Of a stretch of 49,808 bases of DNA, positions 36,021 through 45,504 are shown piece after piece. This DNA is from an uncultured archaeon (lineage in GTDB: Archaea; Aenigmatarchaeota; Aenigmatarchaeia; Aenigmatarchaeales; Aenigmatarchaeaceae), in assembly GCA_964347265.1 (NCBI GenBank), contig CAYFXV010000004.1:1-49808 (forward strand), read 5' to 3'. The notes below the pieces were generated by a model. The model did not search any database and was not told the origin of the DNA. It worked only from the letters and a program-made list of their open reading frames with translations. The first letter of the stretch is position 1. Each line of letters begins with the position of its first letter. Both the position numbers and the translations under genes were made by a program.

Positions 36021-37545
36021 CATAGTTAAAATTGCATCTTATATACCAACAGTTACAGAACCTGTTCAAAAACTAACTTTCAGAGAAAAGGCCAAATGGA
36101 CTTTAATAGTTTTAATTCTATTTTTTGTTTTAGGTTCAATCACAGTTTGGGGGGTTAATCCTGATGCAGTTGCCCATTTTGAATTTTTAGAAATAGTTTT
36201 TGGTTCTAGATTTGGTTCAATAATAACATTAGGTATAGGTCCAATAGTAACAGCATCAATAATATTACAATTGTTAGTAGGAAGTAAAATTATTAATTGG
36301 GATTTATCTAATGAAGAACATAAGAAAAAATTTAGTGCTGTACAAAAAATATTAACACTTGCTTTTTGTTTCATAACAGCAATAGCATATGTAGTTTTAG
36401 GTGCAATACCTCCAGCAACTTCTGATCTAGTTTTGATAACATTTGTTGTTTTACAACTTGCATTAGGCGGAATAATTATAATGTTTATGGATGAAGTTGT
36501 TTCAAAATGGGGTTTTGGTTCTGGAGTTTCTTTATTCATTGCAGCTGGCGTTGCTAAAACAATACTTGTTAGAACATTAAATCCTCTAACACAAGCAGGT
36601 ACCTTTCCTATGGAGGGAGAGTATCCTTCAGGAATAATACCTTTAATGATTACTACTTTTTTAGAAGGAACCCCAGCCTTACTTAATTTGCTTCCTTTGT
36701 TAGGAACTATTTTAGTTTTTTTAATAGTTGTTTTTGTTCAAGATGTAAAAGTTGAAATACCAATGGCATTTTCTTTGCCTTTTGGAAAATTTGCTGCTAG
36801 AAGGTGGCCATTAAAATTCTTATATACATCAAACATACCAGTTATTTTGATAGCTGCTGTTTTAGCAAATCTACAGGTCTTAGGAAAAGTTCTCTATGAC
36901 AGAGGAATAACTTTTTTAGGAACATATACTGAACAAGGAGCTCCAAACCCTGGAGGTTTTATGTATTATGTGTCTACACCATCAGGTGAAGTTGGTATAA
37001 TGATAGTCACTATAATAGGCAGTATGGTTGCTTTAGCTTTTGTGATATTGGCTTTAAGAGTTTGGAAGAAAAATGCATTTAAAATCTGTATTTTAGGAGC
37101 AATTATCGGAATGATATTAGGATACTTTTTAATTTCATATTATAATCTCCCCGGAATAACAATAGACAGCATATTACATGTTATTGTTTATATTAGTGTT
37201 TATGTTTTAGGCTCAGTAATATTTTCTATTTTTTGGACTGCTACATCTGGCATGGATTCAAAATCAGTTGCTGAACAATTTAAAACATATTTTATAATGA
37301 TTCCTGGATTTAGACATGATCCAAGAATTGTCGAGAAGGTTTTAGATAGGTACATACCTGCATTAACTGTAATGGGTGGAGCATTTATTGGTTTTCTTGC
37401 AGCATATGCAGATTTAACATCTGCAATTGGAACAGGAACAGGTTTGCTTTTAGCTACTATGATTGTCTATCAATTTTATGAACAAATAACTTCTCAACAT
37501 AAAGAAGACATACCACCCACAATCAAAAAGTTTTTAGGTGATTGA
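36013..37545 (+). CDS. secY: Preprotein translocase SecY with internal hydrophobic insertion
   Basis: LGIGPIVTASIILQLL, KWGFGSGVSLFI, FLYTSNIPVIL, RYIPALT, GTGLLL. Confidence 0.96.
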   Translation: MFNIVKIASYIPTVTEPVQKLTFREKAKWTLIVLILFFVLGSITVWGVNPDAVAHFEFLEIVFGSRFGSIITLGIGPIVTASIILQLLVGSKIINWDLSNEEHKKKFSAVQKILTLAFCFITAIAYVVLGAIPPATSDLVLITFVVLQLALGGIIIMFMDEVVSKWGFGSGVSLFIAAGVAKTILVRTLNPLTQAGTFPMEGEYPSGIIPLMITTFLEGTPALLNLLPLLGTILVFLIVVFVQDVKVEIPMAFSLPFGKFAARRWPLKFLYTSNIPVILIAAVLANLQVLGKVLYDRGITFLGTYTEQGAPNPGGFMYYVSTPSGEVGIMIVTIIGSMVALAFVILALRVWKKNAFKICILGAIIGMILGYFLISYYNLPGITIDSILHVIVYISVYVLGSVIFSIFWTATSGMDSKSVAEQFKTYFIMIPGFRHDPRIVEKVLDRYIPALTVMGGAFIGFLAAYADLTSAIGTGTGLLLATMIVYQFYEQITSQHKEDIPPTIKKFLGD

Positions 37546-37546
37546 T

Positions 37547-38191
37547 ATGAAAATTGTTATGTTAGGTCCACAAGGTTCAGGAAAAGGAACTTATGCCTCT
37601 AGGCTAGGCCCCATTTTAGGAATACCACATATATCACCAGGTCAGATTTTTCGTGAAAATATAGCTAAAGGAACAGAATTAGGTAAAAGAGTAGAAAAAT
37701 TTGTAAAATCTGGCTTGCTTGTTCCAGATGATTTAACAATGGAAACTATAAAAGAAAGAATAAATAGACCAGATTGTAAAAATGGTTTTATTTTTGATGG
37801 TTTTCCAAGAACACTTAAGCAAGCAGAGGAATTTGAAAAAATATCAAATCTCGACTATGTAATAAATCTAGTTGTCCCTGATTGGGTATTAATTAAAAGA
37901 CTTTCTTTGAGAGTATCTTGTAAAAACTGTGGAGAAATTTATAATTTAGGATATTTGAAACCTAAAAAAGAAGGAATATGTGACAAGTGTGGAGCAAAAT
38001 TGGCTCAAAGAGAAGATGAAATAGAAGAATCAATTAAAATTAGATTAAAGGAGTACGAAGAAAAAACAAAACCCTTAATAGACCATTACAAGAATAAAGG
38101 CATACTTATAAACGTTTCAAACAATAAAATAGAAACGCCACCAGAAATTATTGTTGATAAAATATTAGAGATTTTAGGTGTGAAAAAATGA
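37547..38191 (+). CDS. adk: Adenylate kinase, bacterial-type with Zn-LID
   Basis: LGPQGSGKGT, HISPGQIFR, GLLVPD, FIFDGFPRT, CKNC...CDKC LID. Confidence 0.94.
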   Translation: MKIVMLGPQGSGKGTYASRLGPILGIPHISPGQIFRENIAKGTELGKRVEKFVKSGLLVPDDLTMETIKERINRPDCKNGFIFDGFPRTLKQAEEFEKISNLDYVINLVVPDWVLIKRLSLRVSCKNCGEIYNLGYLKPKKEGICDKCGAKLAQREDEIEESIKIRLKEYEEKTKPLIDHYKNKGILINVSNNKIETPPEIIVDKILEILGVKK

Positions 38192-38811
38192 CACTAACGG
38201 GTTTACCAATATTCATAGAAGAAATCTTATTCGCAGCTATTATTATATTTGTTACAACTTTAATTTACAAATTTTTAATAAATCAAAATGAGATAAGAGA
38301 ATTGAAAGAAAAACTAAAAGAAAAACAGGCAAAAACCAAAGAATTACAAAAAACAAATCCAGAAGAAGCAAAAAGAATTATGACTGAAACATTAAAACTT
38401 TCTAATAAACAATTTAGAATGACTATGAAACCCATGATGATAAGTTTAATATTAATTATAATAGTTTTACCATTTCTTGCTGAAATGTATGGTGATAAGA
38501 TAGTTACATTGGAAAACAATAAAGGTAGTTTGACATTAGATGAAAAAACTTATGATTTAGAGTTAACTGAAGAAAAATTAATTTTAGAAAATACAGAATG
38601 CAAGATTCCCTGTAATGATCAAGCAATTGGGGATTATAAGTGGGATATAAATCTAGAAGGAGAGAATAGTGTAAAGTTTTCAAGAATAGTAGTTTTACTA
38701 CCATTTTCACTTCCATTTTTTGGCAATGATTTTGGTTGGTTATTTTGGTACATATTAACTTCACTTATTTTAAATTCTCTTTTTAGGAGAATCTTAGGTG
38801 TTGAAATATGA
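38188..38811 (+). CDS. DUF106/EMC3-TMCO1 (Oxa1-superfamily) membrane insertase
   Basis: Position after adk; TM, coiled coil, FRMTMKPMMIS, FGWLFWYILTS. Confidence 0.88.
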   Translation: MTLTGLPIFIEEILFAAIIIFVTTLIYKFLINQNEIRELKEKLKEKQAKTKELQKTNPEEAKRIMTETLKLSNKQFRMTMKPMMISLILIIIVLPFLAEMYGDKIVTLENNKGSLTLDEKTYDLELTEEKLILENTECKIPCNDQAIGDYKWDINLEGENSVKFSRIVVLLPFSLPFFGNDFGWLFWYILTSLILNSLFRRILGVEI

Positions 38812-39056
38812 GAATTTCCAAATCAGTAAAGAGATATAAAGTTAAAACTCCAGGAGGAAAAAATGTTATGAATTTTAAGAAAAGAAAATCTAGCTATCCT
38901 AAATGTAAAAAATGTGGTGCAAAATTAAACAAACCAAAGTTAAGTGTTAAAAAACTTAAAACATTACCCAAAACTAAAAAGCGTCCTCAAAGACCGTTCC
39001 CAGAATTATGCTCAAGATGCATGAGAGAGTATTTTAAGGAAAAAGTGAGAACATGA
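38808..39056 (+). CDS. rpl34e: 50S ribosomal protein L34e
   Basis: VKTPGG, PKCKKCGAKL, KRPQRPF.ELCSRCMR. Confidence 0.92.
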   Translation: MRISKSVKRYKVKTPGGKNVMNFKKRKSSYPKCKKCGAKLNKPKLSVKKLKTLPKTKKRPQRPFPELCSRCMREYFKEKVRT

Positions 39057-39271
39057 AACTAAAAAGAATTTTTTTACCAAAATGGATTGCTTGGTTTATG
39101 TTAATAATTTTTATACCCATCTTGATTTTAATGGAATACGAAGCATTTTTTGGAAGCAATCAATTTCCTTTGATGGGAATAGTTATAGGATTTATGCTAA
39201 TAGCTATTATACTAATGATGTTTTTAATGAGCTATAGAAAATTACCTTATTTACTTATTGAGGAGATGTAG
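39053..39271 (+). CDS. Small 2-TM membrane protein occupying the usual cmk position
   Basis: Two hydrophobic helices; coupled to rpl34e and rpl14e. Confidence 0.7.
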   Translation: MKLKRIFLPKWIAWFMLIIFIPILILMEYEAFFGSNQFPLMGIVIGFMLIAIILMMFLMSYRKLPYLLIEEM

Positions 39272-39583
39272 ATGTTAGAACTAGGAAGAATCGTGTTAAA
39301 AATTGCAGGAAGAGAAGCAGGTAAGTATGCTGTTATTATTGACAATATTGATGATAATTTTGTTTTAATAACTGGACCTAAAACAATAACAGGTGTTAAA
39401 AGAAGAAAATGTAATATTGATCATATAGAACCAACTGAAAATAAATTTGATATTAATCCTAAAGCTGATGATGCTTCTATTGAGACTTTATGGAGAAGTT
39501 CTGGTTTAATTGAAAAACTTGAAATAAATGTTCCTGTTAAAAGAGAATTTAAAAAGGAACCCGTTGAAAAAGAAAAGAAATAG
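39272..39583 (+). CDS. rpl14e: 50S ribosomal protein L14e
   Basis: ELGRIVLKIAGREAGKYAVI, VLITGPK..TGVKRRKCNIDHIEPT. Confidence 0.96.
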   Translation: MLELGRIVLKIAGREAGKYAVIIDNIDDNFVLITGPKTITGVKRRKCNIDHIEPTENKFDINPKADDASIETLWRSSGLIEKLEINVPVKREFKKEPVEKEKK

Positions 39584-39666
39584 ATTGTATTAAAACGTCA
39601 AAGAAAATTTAAAGAAGCTATATTTATTAAAGAAGAATATAAAAAACGACATAAAGGAAATCGGAA

Positions 39667-39915
39667 CTAGAATATATTGTTATAATACAGTTCTTCTTCC
39701 CAAACTTCAGCTTTAACCTCGTTTATTCCCAGTCTTTTCAGTTCTATATCTGCTTTTTCTTTAGTAGTATCTTTAAACAGAACTATTGTTCCACTATGTC
39801 CAAACTTTTCCCATCCAGAACTTTTTAATCTTTCAACTATTTCTGTTAACCTTCTTACCTTTTTAGGAGCTTTCCAATCATATTCATTTATTAGAATTTC
39901 CATCATGCTTTCCAT
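39667..39915 (-). CDS. Hypothetical protein
   Basis: 82-aa ORF in an otherwise intergenic gap, divergent from cbf5. Confidence 0.6.
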   Translation of the reverse strand: MESMMEILINEYDWKAPKKVRRLTEIVERLKSSGWEKFGHSGTIVLFKDTTKEKADIELKRLGINEVKAEVWEEELYYNNIF

Positions 39916-40003
39916 TAAAAGTTAAGATAAGATAAAAATCAGTTACTACCCTAAGTTGTAAAGGGTTTATTTTAAGTATATAGGAATCAAAATAATTCTA
40001 TCT

Positions 40004-40930
40004 ATGGGTTGGCTAATAAAAAAACATGAAGCATCATTAACACCTTTTGGTTGTTATCCTGGTGCAAGAAGTTTAGAAGAACATATAAAAAATGGAATAA
40101 TAATTTTAGACAAACCTCCAGGACCAACTTCTCATAATGTTGATAAATGGATTAAAGATATATTAGAAGTAAAAAAATGCTCACATGGAGGCACATTAGA
40201 TCCAAGGGTTTCAGGAGTTCTAGTAATAGCATTAGAAAATGCAACAAAATTAATGCCAATTCTCTTATCATCTAAAAAAGAATATATAGGAATAATTAAC
40301 CTTCATGAGGAAGTTGAAAAGAAAAAAATTGAAAAAGCATTCAAAAGTTTTATTGGAAAAATTAAACAAATACCTCCTAAAAAATCTGCTGTTGCTAGAA
40401 AAGAAAGGGAAAGAGAAGTTTATTATTTAGAACTATTAGAACTAAAAGAAAGAAAGATCTTATTTAAAATTGGTTGCGAAGCTGGGTTCTATGTTAGAAG
40501 ATTTGCAGATGATTTAGGAAAGGAACTAGGAACAGGAGCACATTTACAGGAATTGAGAAGAACAAAAAGTGGAAATTTTTTTGAAGGATCTGCAATAACT
40601 TTACAAGATTTAGTTGATGCTAAAGAGGAAAATAGACTAAAAGAAGTTGTACTTCCTATGGAATTAGTTGCTGAAAACATAGGAAAAATAATAGTATCAG
40701 ATAATGCTATAGATAATATTTGTAATGGAGCACCTTTGGCTATTGGGGGAATTGTTAGATTTGAAGACAATATAAAAAAAAGACAATGGGTTGCTTTATT
40801 TTCTTTGAAAGGTGAGTTAATAGCTATTGGAAAAGCTCTAATGAATTCTGAAATGATATTAAATAAGAAAAGAGATTTGGCAGTTAAAACTGATAGGGTT
40901 CTAATGAAAAAAGGAACTTATCCAAAATAA
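40004..40930 (+). CDS. cbf5: H/ACA pseudouridine synthase Cbf5 (TruB family, PUA domain)
   Basis: LDKPPGPTSH, HGGTLDPRVSGVL, AHLQELRRTKSG, PUA domain, KTDRVLM..GTYP. Confidence 0.96.
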   Translation: MGWLIKKHEASLTPFGCYPGARSLEEHIKNGIIILDKPPGPTSHNVDKWIKDILEVKKCSHGGTLDPRVSGVLVIALENATKLMPILLSSKKEYIGIINLHEEVEKKKIEKAFKSFIGKIKQIPPKKSAVARKEREREVYYLELLELKERKILFKIGCEAGFYVRRFADDLGKELGTGAHLQELRRTKSGNFFEGSAITLQDLVDAKEENRLKEVVLPMELVAENIGKIIVSDNAIDNICNGAPLAIGGIVRFEDNIKKRQWVALFSLKGELIAIGKALMNSEMILNKKRDLAVKTDRVLMKKGTYPK

Positions 40931-41018
40931 TTTTTCTAAATTTTAAAAAACATGAAAAACTTTATAAGCTCATAAAATCATCTTATAAGAGGCGTTTACT
41001 ATACCTAGAGGGTAAAAA

Positions 41019-42215
41019 ATGATAGTTATTGAAGATTTACACTCAGTCCCCACTTCTGAACAAAAAGTAGAAGTTGTAGAAAGAAAAGGCATTGGACACC
41101 CAGACACCATTTGTGATTCTTTGATGAATAAAGTTTCTGTAGAGCTTTCAAAATATTATTTAGATAAGTTTGGAATAATACTTCATCATAACATTGATAA
41201 AGGCCTTTTGGTTGCAGGAGAAGCAGAACAAAAATTTGGAGGCGGAAAATTAACAACTCCAATGCTTTTGGTTTTTGGAGATAGAGCTACTTATGAATTC
41301 GAGGGACAATTAATTCCTGTTACAGAAATTGCTGTTGACAGTGCAAAAAAATGGTTTAAAGAAAATTTCAGATTTGTTAATCCTGAAAACGATGTGAATT
41401 ATCAAGTTGAATTAAAAAGAGGTTCCGCTGCTCTTAGAGACATATTTTTTAGGAAAGGAGAACTTTTAGGAGCAAATGATACATCCGCAGCAGTTGGTTA
41501 TGCTCCTTTAACAGAAATTGAAAAAATAATTTTGAGTACTGAAAAATTTTTAAATAGTAAAAGTTTTAAGAAAAGATTTCCTGAATCAGGAGAAGATATT
41601 AAAATTATGGGTTTGAGAACCAATGGAGAAATACATTTGACAGTTGCAATGCCGTCAGTAGATAGATTTGTTGAAAGTGAGAACGATTATTTTAGAAAAA
41701 AAGAAAAATTTATTGAGGAAATTAAAGATTTTGTTGCTAAAAAAACTGATTTCAAAACCTTTGTTTTTCTAAACACTTTAGATGCTAAAGGTAGAGGAAT
41801 TGATGGTTGTTATTTAACAGTTACTGGAACTTGTGCAGAGGATGCAGATTGTGGACAAGTTGGCAGAGGCAACAGAGTTAACGGTTTAATACCCTTGAAC
41901 AGACCTGTTAGTAATGAAGCAGCTGCTGGTAAAAACCCAGTTAGTCATGTTGGAAAAGTATACAATCTTTTAAGTCATAAAATTGCTAACGAAATCTATG
42001 AAAATGTTAGTGGTATAAAAGAAATTTACGTTTGGCTTTTAAGTCAAATTGGAATGCCTATTGATAAGCCGAAAATTGCTGCTGCACAAGTGATAATGAA
42101 TTCTGGTTCAGTTGATGACGTAAGAAAAGAGGTTAATGAAGTTATTCAGAAAGAATTCTCAAATATTAAACAGTTCTGTTTAGATTTAGCTCATGGAAAA
42201 TATGAAATTTGTTAA
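41019..42215 (+). CDS. mat: S-adenosylmethionine synthetase, archaeal type
   Basis: VERKGIGHPDTICD, LHHNIDK, ANDTS, GEDIKIMG, GRGNRVNGLI, GKNPVSHVGKVYN. Confidence 0.96.
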   Translation: MIVIEDLHSVPTSEQKVEVVERKGIGHPDTICDSLMNKVSVELSKYYLDKFGIILHHNIDKGLLVAGEAEQKFGGGKLTTPMLLVFGDRATYEFEGQLIPVTEIAVDSAKKWFKENFRFVNPENDVNYQVELKRGSAALRDIFFRKGELLGANDTSAAVGYAPLTEIEKIILSTEKFLNSKSFKKRFPESGEDIKIMGLRTNGEIHLTVAMPSVDRFVESENDYFRKKEKFIEEIKDFVAKKTDFKTFVFLNTLDAKGRGIDGCYLTVTGTCAEDADCGQVGRGNRVNGLIPLNRPVSNEAAAGKNPVSHVGKVYNLLSHKIANEIYENVSGIKEIYVWLLSQIGMPIDKPKIAAAQVIMNSGSVDDVRKEVNEVIQKEFSNIKQFCLDLAHGKYEIC

Positions 42216-42219
42216 TCTA

Positions 42220-42453
42220 ATGATGAGCCTTGCATCAAGATTATTAGTTTTAATTTTAGCATCTCTTACACTTCTTATAGGTTTTCTTGTAACATTCTCT
42301 TTAATGTCAGGTAAATTGTCGCCTTCTCAATTATTCACTAAAATTGAAATATCTACAGATCTATATTTGTTATTTGGAACTCTTTTAATAATAGGAATCT
42401 TAATTTTTGGGTTTCTTTTATCTTTAAAACAACATATTTTTAAACCTACGTAA
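42220..42453 (+). CDS. Small 2-TM membrane protein
   Basis: Two hydrophobic helices; ATG 42220 lies just after the mat stop. Confidence 0.6.
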   Translation: MMSLASRLLVLILASLTLLIGFLVTFSLMSGKLSPSQLFTKIEISTDLYLLFGTLLIIGILIFGFLLSLKQHIFKPT

Positions 42454-42507
42454 TTTTGTAGTGCGTTTTAGGTTAAATATTTAAAATTTGACTTCTATTT
42501 TTACTTT

Positions 42508-42795
42508 ATGGAAGAAAAAATTGAGTTAAATGTGTTCTTAAATAAGCTCGTATCATCTTTTGCCAAAAAATTTGAAAAATTAGAAAAAGATATAAAAGGA
42601 TTAAAATCAGATATTGAAAATTTTAAACAGTCTAAAGACAAAAATTCTCTAAAAGAAATTGAGGATAAGTTGAGAAAGTTAGAGATTTCAGTAAATTCTA
42701 TAAAAAACAAAAGTCAAATAGATAAATCAATTTTAAAATTGATTGAAAGCGAAGAACAGGAAAGAAAGAGTGAAGAATATGGAAGAAGATTTTGA
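42508..42795 (+). CDS. Coiled-coil hypothetical protein
   Basis: Heptad-like K/E/L pattern; overlaps next gene. Confidence 0.6.
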   Translation: MEEKIELNVFLNKLVSSFAKKFEKLEKDIKGLKSDIENFKQSKDKNSLKEIEDKLRKLEISVNSIKNKSQIDKSILKLIESEEQERKSEEYGRRF

Positions 42796-43141
42796 GTCTT
42801 TCATGAAGTCACAATTAAGAACACTAAAAAATCAAATGAAGATAATAAAAGATTACATTAATAGATACGAAGAGAGAAGCTTTAGACTTAGAAGAACTAT
42901 AACAAACGAACTCATAGATGCATTAATAAAGAGATTTGAAAGAAATGAGGAACTTATACAAGAATTAAATGAGAGACTAGAGTCTCTAAGTCTTAAACTC
43001 CATGAAAATTTGTCTCAATCTGTTAAAGAATTAAGAGAAGAAATAAGTGAAGCCGAGTTATCTAAAGCTATCTCAAAAATATTTGAAGAAAAAAAGATAA
43101 AGGTAAGTTCAAAGGCTTTAGAGGAATTGAAAAAGATTTAG
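42779..43141 (+). CDS. Coiled-coil hypothetical protein
   Basis: GAGTGA SD before ATG 42779; long heptad pattern. Confidence 0.65.
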   Translation: MEEDFESFMKSQLRTLKNQMKIIKDYINRYEERSFRLRRTITNELIDALIKRFERNEELIQELNERLESLSLKLHENLSQSVKELREEISEAELSKAISKIFEEKKIKVSSKALEELKKI

Positions 43142-43153
43142 TTATCTAAAATA

Positions 43154-45175
43154 CTAAGTTTTTTCTTCACTCTCGAAATCTTCTTCGCTATAAACATATT
43201 CAATTTCTTCTTCATCCTTAGTTTTTCTCCTTCCTCTGATTTTAATTCTCTTAAGAATGAAAATTAATACAACTATAACAATTACAATTATAAAAACAAT
43301 TACAATAAATGACATGTCAAAACCAAGTGCTGTTACTTCAACAGCATATTCATCAGATATTGACCATTCATTGCTAGTATCATTTGCATAAATTTTCCAA
43401 GCAACTATAGATCCAACACTTGAATTCAAAATTTTTGTAATATTAATCCATCCACTTTTTCCTGTTAAAGGAACCCAAGAATCATTTTCCCATACACCTG
43501 AATTATTTGAAGAAAAAATATAACCAGATAATCCAAAATCATCAGACCAATCTAATAGAAACATTACTTCTGATCCTGCAATGTCTGTATTAATTGAACC
43601 TTCAAAAAGAGATGGTGGCATATTTTGAATTGGACCAGTTATTAACATATCTAAATTTTCACTAACAACTATAGTTATTCCATCACTTGTGTTTCCACTA
43701 ACGCTTATTGTTATGCTATAAATTTTTGGTTCAGCATTAGAAGGTATATTGAAATTTATTTTTACTTCTTTTGTTACTCCACCATAAATAGATGAAGGTT
43801 GAGTTATGCTATACCATTCTGGAGGAACTCCTGCTAAGTCTATTTTTATATCAAAAATATTTTTTAACATATCATTTACTAGATTAAAACTTGCTTCTCC
43901 ACCCTCTCCCACTTCTACTGATGGAAAATTAATATTTTTTATTTTAAGTTCCCTAATTATTTCTTCATCCTCTGGTGGAGCTGAAGAAACAGTTATAGTT
44001 TTTATTATGCTTTGATTTGTATAATTTGCTGTTCCGCTTGTATTGCAAGTGAAATTGTATTTTCCAACACTTAATAAGAATATGTCCATTCTTGTTGAAG
44101 AACTTATATTTTCTATTAAATCAGAATTTTTGTAAAATTTAAATTTGGAAGCCGGAACTTGTATCGAATTAATAGAATAACAGGACGCTGTTATTTGTGT
44201 ACCTTCTCTAATGTTTGTAGATGGTAATACATCCATAACTAATGGATTCATTTTTAATACTTCATAATTAATAAAATTTGTAGAACTTTCATCATCTGAA
44301 CCATCTTTTGCGTGCCATTTATAAGAAAATTTTCTTGGTTTTAAATCCTTTAGAATTATCCAAAAAACCCCAGATGAATTTTGAACAGATGTATTTGATG
44401 TTGAATAATAATTTTTCATTTTTCCTGTATGATTTGATTCAAACCACACATCAACTAAATCTGCATCTTCACAATTTATTTGAAATTTATATTCAGTATT
44501 AGGAACATAACCAAATCTGGTACGTGGTGATGTTTCTTCATTTGAAAATTTTGGTGGCCCCATATCAAAATAATAAGTTATAGATGAAGAAGTATAATTT
44601 TCATCACCACTCCAAGAAGCTGTTACTGTAAATATGCCTGAAGATGTTAAATTTACTGAATATTCTATTATGGAAATATTATATTGTGTACTAAAGTCAG
44701 GATGTGTTGACTCAAGTTTTATTAGTTTGCCAGGTATATTCAATTTAGCAACAAAATCTGCTATTTCATTTAACTCAAAATTGTTACTTCCTTCTATTCC
44801 ATCTAATGTTAAAGTTATCGCTGTTGACGAGTTTATTATAATACTATAAGTATCAGAAAAGGTTAAAATATCACTTGTATTGTTAACTATCCATCTATAA
44901 GAATAATCACCAACCCCTAAATCTATTAAATCAATCCAATATACGCTACCACTATTTTGAACTGCAGGCGTTGTGTATTGTGTGTAATTATTACTATTCC
45001 ACTCAAAAATTACATCAGCGATATTATTTATGTCATCACAATTTATATGAAAACTATAGCTTCTTCCTGGTACGTATTGGGAACCTGAAGGAATGGAAGT
45101 GGTTAGTTCAACAGCTCCCACAATAGAGGGGAGAAGTAAAAATAGAAAAATGGAGCTAAAAAAATATTTTTTCAT
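43154..45175 (-). CDS. Cell-surface (glyco)protein with signal peptide, repeated Ig-like modules and C-terminal TM anchor
   Basis: Sec signal MKKYFFSSIFLFLLLPSIVGA; two similar modules; many N-x-S/T sequons; TM followed by basic/acidic tail. Confidence 0.82.
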   Translation of the reverse strand: MKKYFFSSIFLFLLLPSIVGAVELTTSIPSGSQYVPGRSYSFHINCDDINNIADVIFEWNSNNYTQYTTPAVQNSGSVYWIDLIDLGVGDYSYRWIVNNTSDILTFSDTYSIIINSSTAITLTLDGIEGSNNFELNEIADFVAKLNIPGKLIKLESTHPDFSTQYNISIIEYSVNLTSSGIFTVTASWSGDENYTSSSITYYFDMGPPKFSNEETSPRTRFGYVPNTEYKFQINCEDADLVDVWFESNHTGKMKNYYSTSNTSVQNSSGVFWIILKDLKPRKFSYKWHAKDGSDDESSTNFINYEVLKMNPLVMDVLPSTNIREGTQITASCYSINSIQVPASKFKFYKNSDLIENISSSTRMDIFLLSVGKYNFTCNTSGTANYTNQSIIKTITVSSAPPEDEEIIRELKIKNINFPSVEVGEGGEASFNLVNDMLKNIFDIKIDLAGVPPEWYSITQPSSIYGGVTKEVKINFNIPSNAEPKIYSITISVSGNTSDGITIVVSENLDMLITGPIQNMPPSLFEGSINTDIAGSEVMFLLDWSDDFGLSGYIFSSNNSGVWENDSWVPLTGKSGWINITKILNSSVGSIVAWKIYANDTSNEWSISDEYAVEVTALGFDMSFIVIVFIIVIVIVVLIFILKRIKIRGRRKTKDEEEIEYVYSEEDFESEEKT

Positions 45176-45248
45176 ATATTATATATGTCTATATAAGAAA
45201 TTATTTTGTTTTATAAATCAGAAAACTTAATTAAAATAAGGTGAAAAA

Positions 45249-45434
45249 ATGGTAGCTAGAAGAAGAAAAACAAGAAGAAAGACAAAAAGAAAGAAAAAAG
45301 CTTTCGGTGGTTATAGAATACATCCAGATGAACACTTAGAAAAGATAGTTGGTAAGAAACCAATAACACCATCTGAAATGACTAAAAAAATATGGTCACA
45401 TATTAGAAGAAAGAAGCTTGGAAAGAAAAAATAA
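45249..45434 (+). CDS. Small basic protein with SWIB/MDM2-like domain
   Basis: AGGTGA SD; Arg/Lys tail then HPDEHLEKIVGKKPITPSEMTKKIWSHIRRKKL. Confidence 0.75.
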   Translation: MVARRRKTRRKTKRKKKAFGGYRIHPDEHLEKIVGKKPITPSEMTKKIWSHIRRKKLGKKK

Positions 45435-45504
45435 TATAATTTTCCATAAAAGAATTTAGTAATTTCTTTAAGATTTAAAAATATCCAATTCTTAATCTAA
45501 ATAT

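Noticed and set aside
39581-39670. 28 open codons in frame after the rpl14e TAG (possible readthrough or pyrrolysine)
   Set aside because: rpl14e is already full length, no pyl genes or recoding signal are seen, and a run this short can arise by chance
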